Assembly (NCBI GenBank): GCA_051117555.1
Contig: JBNPEG010000003.1
Location: 1-64,000 of the forward strand
Length of the DNA stretch: 64,000 nucleotides
Reading direction: 5' to 3'
Source: Elainellaceae cyanobacterium
GTDB taxonomy: Bacteria; Cyanobacteriota; Cyanobacteriia; CAZCXK01
The notes below the pieces were generated by a model. The model saw only the letters and a program-made list of their open reading frames with translations, made no database searches and was not told where the DNA came from. Position numbers and translations under genes: made by a program. How positions within the stretch are numbered: the stretch's first letter is position 1; the number at the start of each line of letters is the position of its first letter. This document shows, piece by piece, positions 11,018-19,374 of the stretch.

Positions 11018-13393
11018 GTGACAGCATCAGTGGAGAAATCTCCTAAAAAATTGATTGATAACCGCTATCAGATTCAGCGGTTACTCGGGCAGGGTGGATT
11101 TGGGCGCACCTACCTCGTTCAAGACGAGCGACGTTTTGGTGAGTCCTGCGTTCTCAAAGAATTTGCGCCGGGCGACAGCAATGATGCGACGGTAACGCAG
11201 AAGCTCAGTGAGCTTTTCCGGCGTGAAGCCAAGATTCTTCACAAACTTGATCATCCTCAGATTCCCAAGTTTTTAGCCTGGTTTCAAGATCAAGGTCGAT
11301 TGTTTATCGTCCAAGAATATGTTGATGGCAAAACCTATTGGCAGATTCTCCAAGAGCGCAAGCAGTATGGCAAAACCTTCACCGAAGCTGAAGTAATTCG
11401 CTGGTTGAAGGATTTGCTGCCGGTTGTAGGCTACATTCACGATCAAAACATCATTCATCGAGATATTTCGCCAGACAATGTCATGCTGCCCAAGGGCAAA
11501 GACTTTCCAGTCTTAATTGACTTTGGAGTGGTCAAGCCAACGAAAAGTGACAGCGGACAGGGAAGCGATTTCTCGGATGACGAGAGTTCGATGGAAGCAT
11601 CAGTGCTAGTGGGCAAATATGGCTATGCTCCTTACGAGCAAATTTACATGGGTCAATGTTCGCCCCGAAGTGACCTGTATGCTCTCGGGGTTAGCGCCGT
11701 GGTTTTGCTAACGGGGCGAAAACCAAACCAGCTCATTAACCCATCCACTCTAAAGTGGATATGGCAAGAACGAATTAGCATTGACAGTCGCCTAGTCCAA
11801 ATCCTGAACAAAATGATGGCTAAAGAGCCTCAGGATCGATACCCCTCGGCGCGAGCTGTTTTGGCGGATCTTCAGCAGCTTGAACTTTCGCCCCAAGGTG
11901 CCTGCCTAGATTCCTTTGCGCAACCGTCACTGCGGCAATCCGTTTCGCGGGCTATGAATGCTCTGAAAACAGCAGATGCCCATGAATCTCGTCAAAATTC
12001 ATCTCATACATCTCCCCCGCCTGTAGGTGCGCAGGTTGAATGGGCCTCGAATAACGCCTTCTCAAACCAAGTTCATGAAACTGTTCCGCAAACCATTTTA
12101 GAATCGCCGATTGCGACAACATCAGATGACGCATCACTATTGAGTCTTCAAGACTGGTCACCTCTGCAAAAGGGGCAACGGTTGCTGACGACGGCATTTC
12201 GGTATTTAGTGCATTTTGAACAGCCTCGCTGGAAGTATGCTGCACTGAGTTTAACTGCGGTCAGTTTGCTCGCCGCAGGGCTGGCTGGAGTGCAAACAGC
12301 TCAGAATGACTCGTGGTGCTGGCTATCTAGAAACTGTCTGAATCAAGAAACTCTGATGACCTCCTATGAGGAGGCCATTGACCACGCTAAATCTGCCTTA
12401 GTGGATGCTGAAGGGGCTGAGACTCTTAAAGAGTTAACTGTTGCGCGCGATCGCCTGCAAACTGCGATTGACTATCTTGGGGCGATTCCGAGTGATGCCA
12501 ACATTTTCCCCCAGGTTGAAGAATCATTGACGAGTTATCGGCGGGAGTTGACCGACCTCGAAAACCGCATCGAAACAGAGCTCCCTTATGCTGCCCTTCT
12601 CAGTGAAGCTGAAGCGCTTGCACAAGCTGCGGAAGAAAGTTTAGAAACTTCGACGAAAATTCAAGACCAGGTTGATGCGAAGCGATTTTGGGAAGATGCC
12701 CGGCTGAAGGTAAAAGCGATCCCGCCCTCGTCATTGGCATACGACATTGCAGCAGAGAGGCTGCAAGACTACCAGGCTCGGATTGAGGGAGTGAACCGCA
12801 TCATTGCTCAAGGGCAGCAGTCTGGCTCTATTCAAGATTCTGGTGGTTCATCACAACCTCCCTCCCCCGAGCAGGTTGTTAGTTCGCTGCCGACGTCACC
12901 CTCCTCGAATGCGATCCGACCCCCTGTGCAGCGATCGCCCTCTCAAACATCACCCCAACGATCGTCTCAACCCGTTGAGCGTTCAAGTCCTCGCGCTTCT
13001 CAGCCACCCCCATCCCCGACGAGATCGTCAGCATCTGGTGCGGTTCCGTTACTGGCAGCCCAAAACCTCGATGATGTGTCGGTGCGCTTAGATGGTGCCC
13101 ATGTCAATACCAGTGGTACATTTGTTGCCAATTTGGTGATTGAGAACCAGAGCGATCGCACCTTTGCCTTTGTGCCCGTTTATGCGGCTCGCATCGAAAC
13201 AGAATGGGGACAACCCATCACCTCGCGGATTTCATTTGGCAACTCAAGCGAGCCGGTCGTCGAACGAGGCGATCGCCTCTCAGGGCAACTCTTCGTCTTG
13301 GGGCAGCGTTGGAAAGATTCAGGTTCTCAAAATCTGGTCTTGGTCATTGAGGAAGGAACGACGGGTGGGCGAACCTTTCGAATCCCCTTCTAG
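11018..13393 (+). CDS. Membrane-anchored Hanks-type Ser/Thr protein kinase
   Basis: LGQGGFG, VLKEF, HRDISPDN, DFG and SDLYALG motifs. These are followed by a TM segment, a helical region, a Pro/Ser-rich linker and a C-terminal beta-rich domain. Confidence 0.92.
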   Translation: MTASVEKSPKKLIDNRYQIQRLLGQGGFGRTYLVQDERRFGESCVLKEFAPGDSNDATVTQKLSELFRREAKILHKLDHPQIPKFLAWFQDQGRLFIVQEYVDGKTYWQILQERKQYGKTFTEAEVIRWLKDLLPVVGYIHDQNIIHRDISPDNVMLPKGKDFPVLIDFGVVKPTKSDSGQGSDFSDDESSMEASVLVGKYGYAPYEQIYMGQCSPRSDLYALGVSAVVLLTGRKPNQLINPSTLKWIWQERISIDSRLVQILNKMMAKEPQDRYPSARAVLADLQQLELSPQGACLDSFAQPSLRQSVSRAMNALKTADAHESRQNSSHTSPPPVGAQVEWASNNAFSNQVHETVPQTILESPIATTSDDASLLSLQDWSPLQKGQRLLTTAFRYLVHFEQPRWKYAALSLTAVSLLAAGLAGVQTAQNDSWCWLSRNCLNQETLMTSYEEAIDHAKSALVDAEGAETLKELTVARDRLQTAIDYLGAIPSDANIFPQVEESLTSYRRELTDLENRIETELPYAALLSEAEALAQAAEESLETSTKIQDQVDAKRFWEDARLKVKAIPPSSLAYDIAAERLQDYQARIEGVNRIIAQGQQSGSIQDSGGSSQPPSPEQVVSSLPTSPSSNAIRPPVQRSPSQTSPQRSSQPVERSSPRASQPPPSPTRSSASGAVPLLAAQNLDDVSVRLDGAHVNTSGTFVANLVIENQSDRTFAFVPVYAARIETEWGQPITSRISFGNSSEPVVERGDRLSGQLFVLGQRWKDSGSQNLVLVIEEGTTGGRTFRIPF

Positions 13394-13707
13394 GAAGAAA
13401 TTTCAAATTCTTTCAATTCCGAGCTCATTCCCCCAAGATCGCATCAGCCGCTACATTTCGCTCTGAATAGAGGCGCTATACCAATAGTCTTAGCGACAAT
13501 TCCCACGCGTTGATCTGATTGATGCGGGGTCTAATCTCGAATTCTTCCCTATTTGGACATAAAAAGCAGGGACATACAACGACGGTTTAATCATTAACCG
13601 TGCAAGCTACGTTGGCTAATCTGCCTAGATTTGGCAAATTAGTCTCAAATTTTAGTGCGCTGACAACGGTCGGCAACAATCGCAGCACGATTTTACAGAG
13701 AGGATGT

Positions 13708-15297
13708 ATGAAACGCAGCACATTTCTCAAATTTGTGGGGAGGGCAGGAGGCGTTGCTGCTACCCTCGCCACTATGAAAGCAATGGGATTGCTTCATGCT
13801 GACGCAACAGGCAGTGAGCGACCCAACTTGCCCGTCGGGTCGGGAGACGGCTCCAGTGTGATCATTTTGGGAGCCGGAATTGCGGGTATGACCGCAGCCT
13901 ACGAGCTATCTAAGGCAAGTTATTCTTGCACAATTCTTGAAGCCCTTGATCGGTCTGGGGGACGATGCTGGACGATTCGAGGCGGAGATGAGATCAAGGA
14001 AACAGACAGCACTCAAACGTGCCCGTTTGACAGTGACGATTATCTCTATCTCAACCCCGGACCGGCTCGCATTCCGTATCATCATCAAGGCATCTTGGGC
14101 TACTGCAAAGAATTTGACGTGCCTTTAGAAGTGATCGTCAACGAGAATCGGGCTGCCTATTTCCAAGATGACAAAGCATTTGGGGGCGATCCTGTGCTCA
14201 ATCGCCGCGTCGTGAATGATAGTCGTGGCTACATTGCCGAACTCCTTGCCAAAGCGCTTCGCAAAAATGCACTGGAAGAAGACATCACGGTCGACGATCA
14301 GGAGCGTCTACTGGAGTTTGTGAGTCGGTTCGGCAATCTCAACGCCGACTATGTATTCAATGGTTCCAGCCGGTCTGGATATCAAGACCCGCCAGGCGCA
14401 GGGCTTAATCCGGGTGAAACGAATGATCCGATTAACTTTTCGGAACTGCTCAAATCGGATTTTTGGATATACAAAATGCACTTTGGCGAAGGCTATACCC
14501 AAGGCGCAACCATGATGCAGCCTGTTGGAGGGATGGATCAAATCGCCAAAGCATTTGAACAACACGTCGGGCACCTGATTACCTATAACGCAGAGGTCAG
14601 TGAAATCCGTAAAACTGGCTCTGGGGTCCGCGTGGTGTATACCGATACTGCCACTGGCGGTCAGCAAGCCCTCGACGGGGATTTTGCGATTTGCACATTT
14701 CCGTTGTCGGTTTTGGCGGGCATTGATGCTGATTTTTCGCCAGCCTATCAGGCGGCGATCGCCACTGGCTCTGAATCCTACGTCAAAGCTGCAAAGGTTG
14801 GCTTCCAGGCAAATCGGCGCTTCTGGGAAGAAGATTACAACATCTACGGCGGTATCTCATGGACGGAGCGCGACATCACGCAAATTTGGTATCCGTCCAA
14901 TCGCTTCCATGCTCAAAAAGGCGTCGTTGTGGGGGCTTATATCTGGGATAACGAGATTGGCGAACGGTTTGGCAACACGCCACTCAACCAACGACTCCTA
15001 AACGCCATTGTTGATGGCGAAATGATTCACCCCGATTATGGTCAAGAGGTATCACCTGAAACCGGCCTCAGCATTGCGTGGCATAAACTGCCTTACAGCC
15101 AAGGCGGCTGGATTGAATGGGAGGACGACGCTCTCGAAACGGCCTATCCTATTTTGAATGAGCCAGATGGGCCGATTTATCTTGCCGGAGAGCACCTCAG
15201 CTATCTAGTCGGCTGGCAGGAAGGCGCGGTGCTCTCAGCCCATCAAGCTGTTCAGAAGATTGCAACCCATCACTCGAATACGGAACCTCAATCATGA
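13708..15297 (+). CDS. Flavin monoamine oxidase / L-amino acid oxidase family
   Basis: GAGIAG FAD motif, GGRCWT, NPGPARIP, GGMDQI and AGEHLS...WQEGA. ATG at 13708 follows AGAGG and is preferred to the ORF-track start at 13600. Confidence 0.88.
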   Translation: MKRSTFLKFVGRAGGVAATLATMKAMGLLHADATGSERPNLPVGSGDGSSVIILGAGIAGMTAAYELSKASYSCTILEALDRSGGRCWTIRGGDEIKETDSTQTCPFDSDDYLYLNPGPARIPYHHQGILGYCKEFDVPLEVIVNENRAAYFQDDKAFGGDPVLNRRVVNDSRGYIAELLAKALRKNALEEDITVDDQERLLEFVSRFGNLNADYVFNGSSRSGYQDPPGAGLNPGETNDPINFSELLKSDFWIYKMHFGEGYTQGATMMQPVGGMDQIAKAFEQHVGHLITYNAEVSEIRKTGSGVRVVYTDTATGGQQALDGDFAICTFPLSVLAGIDADFSPAYQAAIATGSESYVKAAKVGFQANRRFWEEDYNIYGGISWTERDITQIWYPSNRFHAQKGVVVGAYIWDNEIGERFGNTPLNQRLLNAIVDGEMIHPDYGQEVSPETGLSIAWHKLPYSQGGWIEWEDDALETAYPILNEPDGPIYLAGEHLSYLVGWQEGAVLSAHQAVQKIATHHSNTEPQS

Positions 15298-15821
15298 TCT
15301 CTTGGAAAAAAATTGCATTAATCGGCTTTACCACCATTGGGCTGGCGATCGCCCTGTTAATCTCCCTCTCCCAACCCTCCTCAGCTCAGGACGTGGTGCG
15401 GTTTCCGATTCCTGATTCTGACTTTCCCATCGCCCAAGCAGTGGAGGTGCCGGGCGGAAAAAGCGTCGTCTATGTGAGCGGACAAGTGCCTCCGGTCATC
15501 GATGAAAGTGCTGAGCCGGGCTCGATTGCGGCGTATGGCGATACCACAACTCAAACCATCGGAGTGTTAGAAAAAATCCAGTCGATTTTAGAAAGCCTGG
15601 ACATGTCGATGGGAGATGTGGTCAAGATGCAGGTGTTCTTGGTCGGCGATCCGGCGCTGGATGGGGCGATGGACTTTTCAGGGTTTATGGACGGCTATAC
15701 TCAGTTTTTTGGCACTGACGAACAGCCCAATTTGCCTGCCCGATCGGCCATGCAGGTGGCGGGGTTGGTCGTTCCAGGCTGGCTCGTTGAAATCGAGGTG
15801 ACAGCCGTGCGTCCAGACTAA
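15294..15821 (+). CDS. Rid (YjgF/YER057c/UK114) family protein with N-terminal signal peptide
   Basis: VYVSGQVP, DVVKMQVFL, PARSAMQV and LVEIEVTA. Start overlaps the oxidase stop (ATGA). Sec-type leader ends PSSA|QD. Confidence 0.88.
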   Translation: MISWKKIALIGFTTIGLAIALLISLSQPSSAQDVVRFPIPDSDFPIAQAVEVPGGKSVVYVSGQVPPVIDESAEPGSIAAYGDTTTQTIGVLEKIQSILESLDMSMGDVVKMQVFLVGDPALDGAMDFSGFMDGYTQFFGTDEQPNLPARSAMQVAGLVVPGWLVEIEVTAVRPD

Positions 15822-15838
15822 TCCTGATTTGGAGTGGG

Positions 15839-17380
15839 TTAGGCGATCGCCCCGAAATCTGGCATGCCAATCAGTCCTATTTCTATGTCTAAAATCAGGG
15901 CGAGGGCATCGTCTCCGGTTCGGATCAGCGCTCCGTTCGCGCGTTGAAGAATGTCTACATTGGCAAGCGTAATGCCATCGGGCAGCGACAGCCGATCGAT
16001 TCCGTCTTCAAAATCCTGAATCGTTGCCTTCCCTCGTCCTGACTGCAACACAAAGATATCGGAGTCCGCTCCGCCGATCAGATGATCCCCCCCGTTGTCG
16101 CCGAGGAGAATATCGGTTCCGCTGCCGCCGATGAGCGTATCGTTCCCCATATTCCCAATTAACCAATCGTTGCCGTCGCCCCCATAGAGACGATCCGCTC
16201 CTGTATTGCCATAGACCACATCATCGCCGTCCTGCCCGTCGAGCAAATCGTCTCCCATTCTGCCCTGTAAGACGTTATCGCCCGTGTTGCCATAGATAGA
16301 GTTATCCAAGTCGTTGCCAGTGCCGCTTAAATCACTAAACCCTCCCAGCACCAAATTTTCAAATGTCTCGTCTAGCGTCAACGAAACCTGCGACAAAATC
16401 GTGTCGAGTCCTCCGTCGTCATTCTCAGGGCGATCGCTCTCATCTCGCACGAAATACCAATCAACCCCATTTCCATCGACTCGCTCAAGTTGCCAATTAC
16501 CGTCATCACCTCGGCGGGCATAGGTCACTCCCTCGTGCAGCCCATTGCGGCGATCGCCCGAATTGTCATATTGGTTGTCGGGAAATGCATCGAGCAGGGT
16601 TTTAAATAATTCGTTTTGGGGCGCAATGAAGGTAGATAAATCGGCATACACATCAATCATGGCGCCGTGGGCTTCATCCGCATTAAAGAACCCAAAGCGC
16701 AGTCCATTGAGCCTCACTACAAACGATGTCTGAGCCGTACCCGCCTGAGCATTGTCTCCTGCCAACCCTGTTTGAAAAATATCATCCGCGACCACAAACG
16801 AAAATGATCGATTGGCAATCGAGGTAAATGCTGGAACCCGCAACGGGTCAGGATCTAGGCTGTTGATGTCATACTCTAGCGCCGGAAACGCAGGATCAAG
16901 GGCAATCAGATCGGCTTGGTTGCCAAGCTGTTGGTTAAGCTCGGATGCAACATAGGTGCCGAGGCTGTGCCCTACCAGAGATAGCTGGTTTCCAGACGCT
17001 AGAATTGGCGATACCAGTGGAAGAACCCAGTCTGCCACGGGTTGAATGCGTCCGGCGGCGGCGAACGGCGGCAGTTGTCCCTCGGTAGCAGCTTCTCCCC
17101 AATCTAAAAATAGAATTTGAGTGTCGGGCTGAGCCGCTAATGTTTGGGATAACTCATCAAGCCGAGGAAATAGTTCGGCAAGGGGGCGATCGCGATCGGG
17201 AGCTTGGCTTCGTCGACCATGAACCACCAGAATCGTATTGCGAGTTAGGTCTAGCTGAGTTTGTGAGTTGGCTCCATAGCGCCAAAGCCGAATCGGATAG
17301 TTGCGGATGTCGTTGCCATTGGTTGATTCGGCAGCTTGAATCTGGTCTAAACGAATCAGCGTCGGCATGATGACGTTCAA
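15839..17380 (-). CDS. Lipase-like alpha/beta hydrolase with C-terminal RTX Ca2+-binding repeats (likely start ATG 17368)
   Basis: VVHG, GHSLG nucleophile elbow and LDPA. Multiple GGxGxD/GNxGxD nonapeptides and an IQDFEDGIDRL C-terminal region. Confidence 0.8.
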   Translation of the reverse strand: MNVIMPTLIRLDQIQAAESTNGNDIRNYPIRLWRYGANSQTQLDLTRNTILVVHGRRSQAPDRDRPLAELFPRLDELSQTLAAQPDTQILFLDWGEAATEGQLPPFAAAGRIQPVADWVLPLVSPILASGNQLSLVGHSLGTYVASELNQQLGNQADLIALDPAFPALEYDINSLDPDPLRVPAFTSIANRSFSFVVADDIFQTGLAGDNAQAGTAQTSFVVRLNGLRFGFFNADEAHGAMIDVYADLSTFIAPQNELFKTLLDAFPDNQYDNSGDRRNGLHEGVTYARRGDDGNWQLERVDGNGVDWYFVRDESDRPENDDGGLDTILSQVSLTLDETFENLVLGGFSDLSGTGNDLDNSIYGNTGDNVLQGRMGDDLLDGQDGDDVVYGNTGADRLYGGDGNDWLIGNMGNDTLIGGSGTDILLGDNGGDHLIGGADSDIFVLQSGRGKATIQDFEDGIDRLSLPDGITLANVDILQRANGALIRTGDDALALILDIEIGLIGMPDFGAIA

Positions 17381-17479
17381 ATGAGTCCTCCTTCAGTACG
17401 CCTAGGTTAGAACATTACAAAATCTTCAATTCTAAACAACAACCAACTAGAAAGTCAGGAAATCCCGCAGAGCGGGAGT

Positions 17480-17983
17480 TTGATTGATTCTGGATCGGAT
17501 AGGATTGTCTGGAGAATTAGTGGCATATCAACATCTACCGTGGCAGAGGAAATTCTAGATTTTTCACCTGACTATTTAACCGCTTGTGCTCAAATCATGG
17601 TTGCGGTTAGCAATCGTGAGCCGTGGCATGAAAACTGGACGGTTGAAACTGCACAAACTCGTTTATGGGAAATTGCCAATACTCCCGGATTTATTGGTCT
17701 GATCTATTGGTCGGATGGGGTAGTGGGGTATGCATTTGGCTGTTGTGAACAGTGGGATACGTCGAAAAATTTTTGCCTTTATGAAATTGCTGTCAAACCA
17801 GATATGCAACGAAAAGGCATTGGCAGTCAGCTTGTGTCTCGGTTGGAGCGAGTGCTGGTCAAGCAGGGGGTGACTAAAGTGTATTTAGCTACGTTGCGAG
17901 GTAGCGAGGCGGGAGACTTTTACCGTGAACAAGGCTATCGAGAATCAAAGAATGTCATGACTATGGTGCATTTTCTTGACTAG
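17480..17983 (+). CDS. GNAT family N-acetyltransferase (start uncertain, possibly GTG 17540)
   Basis: Acetyl-CoA motif A EIAVKPDMQRKGIGSQL and motif B FYREQGY. Confidence 0.82.
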   Translation: MIDSGSDRIVWRISGISTSTVAEEILDFSPDYLTACAQIMVAVSNREPWHENWTVETAQTRLWEIANTPGFIGLIYWSDGVVGYAFGCCEQWDTSKNFCLYEIAVKPDMQRKGIGSQLVSRLERVLVKQGVTKVYLATLRGSEAGDFYREQGYRESKNVMTMVHFLD

Positions 17984-18212
17984 TCAATTCTAAACTCTCC
18001 CCGATGGCTCCGATTAGAAGGGCATGGGTTGAATCGATCTCGCAGTCAAAGCAACGCAGGTGTTCAACCCTTTCCTAGCTTCGACACAGCGACAATGAAA
18101 GACACGAATGAGCAGTTTGTTTTACAAAGCTTTCCTGGGGAAGACGACGATGAGCACGATTTCGCATACAGTCAGCCCTATACCTACATAGTTTCACAGG
18201 GGGGTAGTTCCC

Positions 18213-19277
18213 TTGCGATTTGGCTCATTGATTGGGTTTGCAGCTCTCCTTATTTCGCTCTATATCCTCTGGAGCATTCAGCAAATCGTGTTGCTGGGGT
18301 TTGCGGCTGTCGTATTTGCCACGGTTATCAATCGGTTAGTCCGCTACCTAGAGCAGCATAAAGTTAAACGGGGATTGGCGCTTGTTCTGTCGGTTGCTTT
18401 CATCCTCGTGATTGCGATTGTTTTCATCGTGCTGATTGTGCCGCCGTTAGTGCGACAGGCAATGGAATTAGTTGATCTCGTCCCGGATGGGTTTCAGCAA
18501 CTGCAAGAGTGGATTAGCTGGATACAAAATTTCCTGCCGGAACAAGTCATGGAGGATGTTCGCGGATTGGGTGGAGTTGGGGCAATTGTTAGCAATATTC
18601 AATCCTGGCTCTCTAACCTGTTTGGCAACTTTTTTCAGATCTTTTTTAGCTCGATCGAGTTTTTATTGAAGCTGCTGCTGCTGATTGTGGTGACGCTGAT
18701 GTTTCTCGTCAACCCGTCTGCCTATCGCCACTTATGTCTCCAGCTTTTTCCGTCGTTTTATCGGCGTCGAGCTGATGCCATTCTGCATCAGTCTGAAAAA
18801 GTGTTGGTTGGCTGGTTCAAAGGTATTTTGTTTAATATGACCGTGATTACGGTGCTCAGTGGTCTGAGCTTATGGATTTTGGGCGTGCAGCTCCCGCTTG
18901 CCAATGCATTTCTCGCTGGGTTGCTGACCTTTATTCCCAATGTTGGACCTACGATCAGCGTGATTCCGCCTATGGCGATCGCCCTTTTAGATACTCCTTG
19001 GAAAGCTGTTGTCGTCTTGGGCATCTATGTTGCAATTCAGCAAATTGAAAGCAACGTGCTAACGCCCCTCGTGATGGAAAAGCAAGTATCCCTCTTGCCT
19101 GCACTCACGTTACTTTTGCAGGCAAGTTTTGCGATTTTCTTTGGGATTTTGGGACTGTTTCTCGCCTTGCCGATTGCGGTTGTAGGGCAGGTCTGGATTC
19201 GAGAGATTGTGATTCGAGATGTGCTTGACAAATGGAAGAATAATCGCACGCACGCACGTAAGCTTGAGCAGTCTTAA
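18213..19277 (+). CDS. AI-2E (PerM/UPF0118) family transporter
   Basis: Multi-TM protein with FIPNVGP, QQIESNVLTP and FGILGLFLALP. Confidence 0.88.
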   Translation: MRFGSLIGFAALLISLYILWSIQQIVLLGFAAVVFATVINRLVRYLEQHKVKRGLALVLSVAFILVIAIVFIVLIVPPLVRQAMELVDLVPDGFQQLQEWISWIQNFLPEQVMEDVRGLGGVGAIVSNIQSWLSNLFGNFFQIFFSSIEFLLKLLLLIVVTLMFLVNPSAYRHLCLQLFPSFYRRRADAILHQSEKVLVGWFKGILFNMTVITVLSGLSLWILGVQLPLANAFLAGLLTFIPNVGPTISVIPPMAIALLDTPWKAVVVLGIYVAIQQIESNVLTPLVMEKQVSLLPALTLLLQASFAIFFGILGLFLALPIAVVGQVWIREIVIRDVLDKWKNNRTHARKLEQS

Positions 19278-19280
19278 TAC

Positions 19281-19305
19281 GGATTTTGGATTTTGGATTT
19301 TGGAT
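19281..19305. repeat. Heptameric tandem repeat (GGATTTT)x3.5, STRR-like
   Basis: ggattttggattttggattttggat lies directly after the AI-2E stop. Confidence 0.85.
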
Positions 19306-19374
19306 GGGTCGGTGAGAGTCGAGTCTGATTGACTGACAAAAGATCAGGAGTTGAGTGGTTTTCAAAGGCTATGC

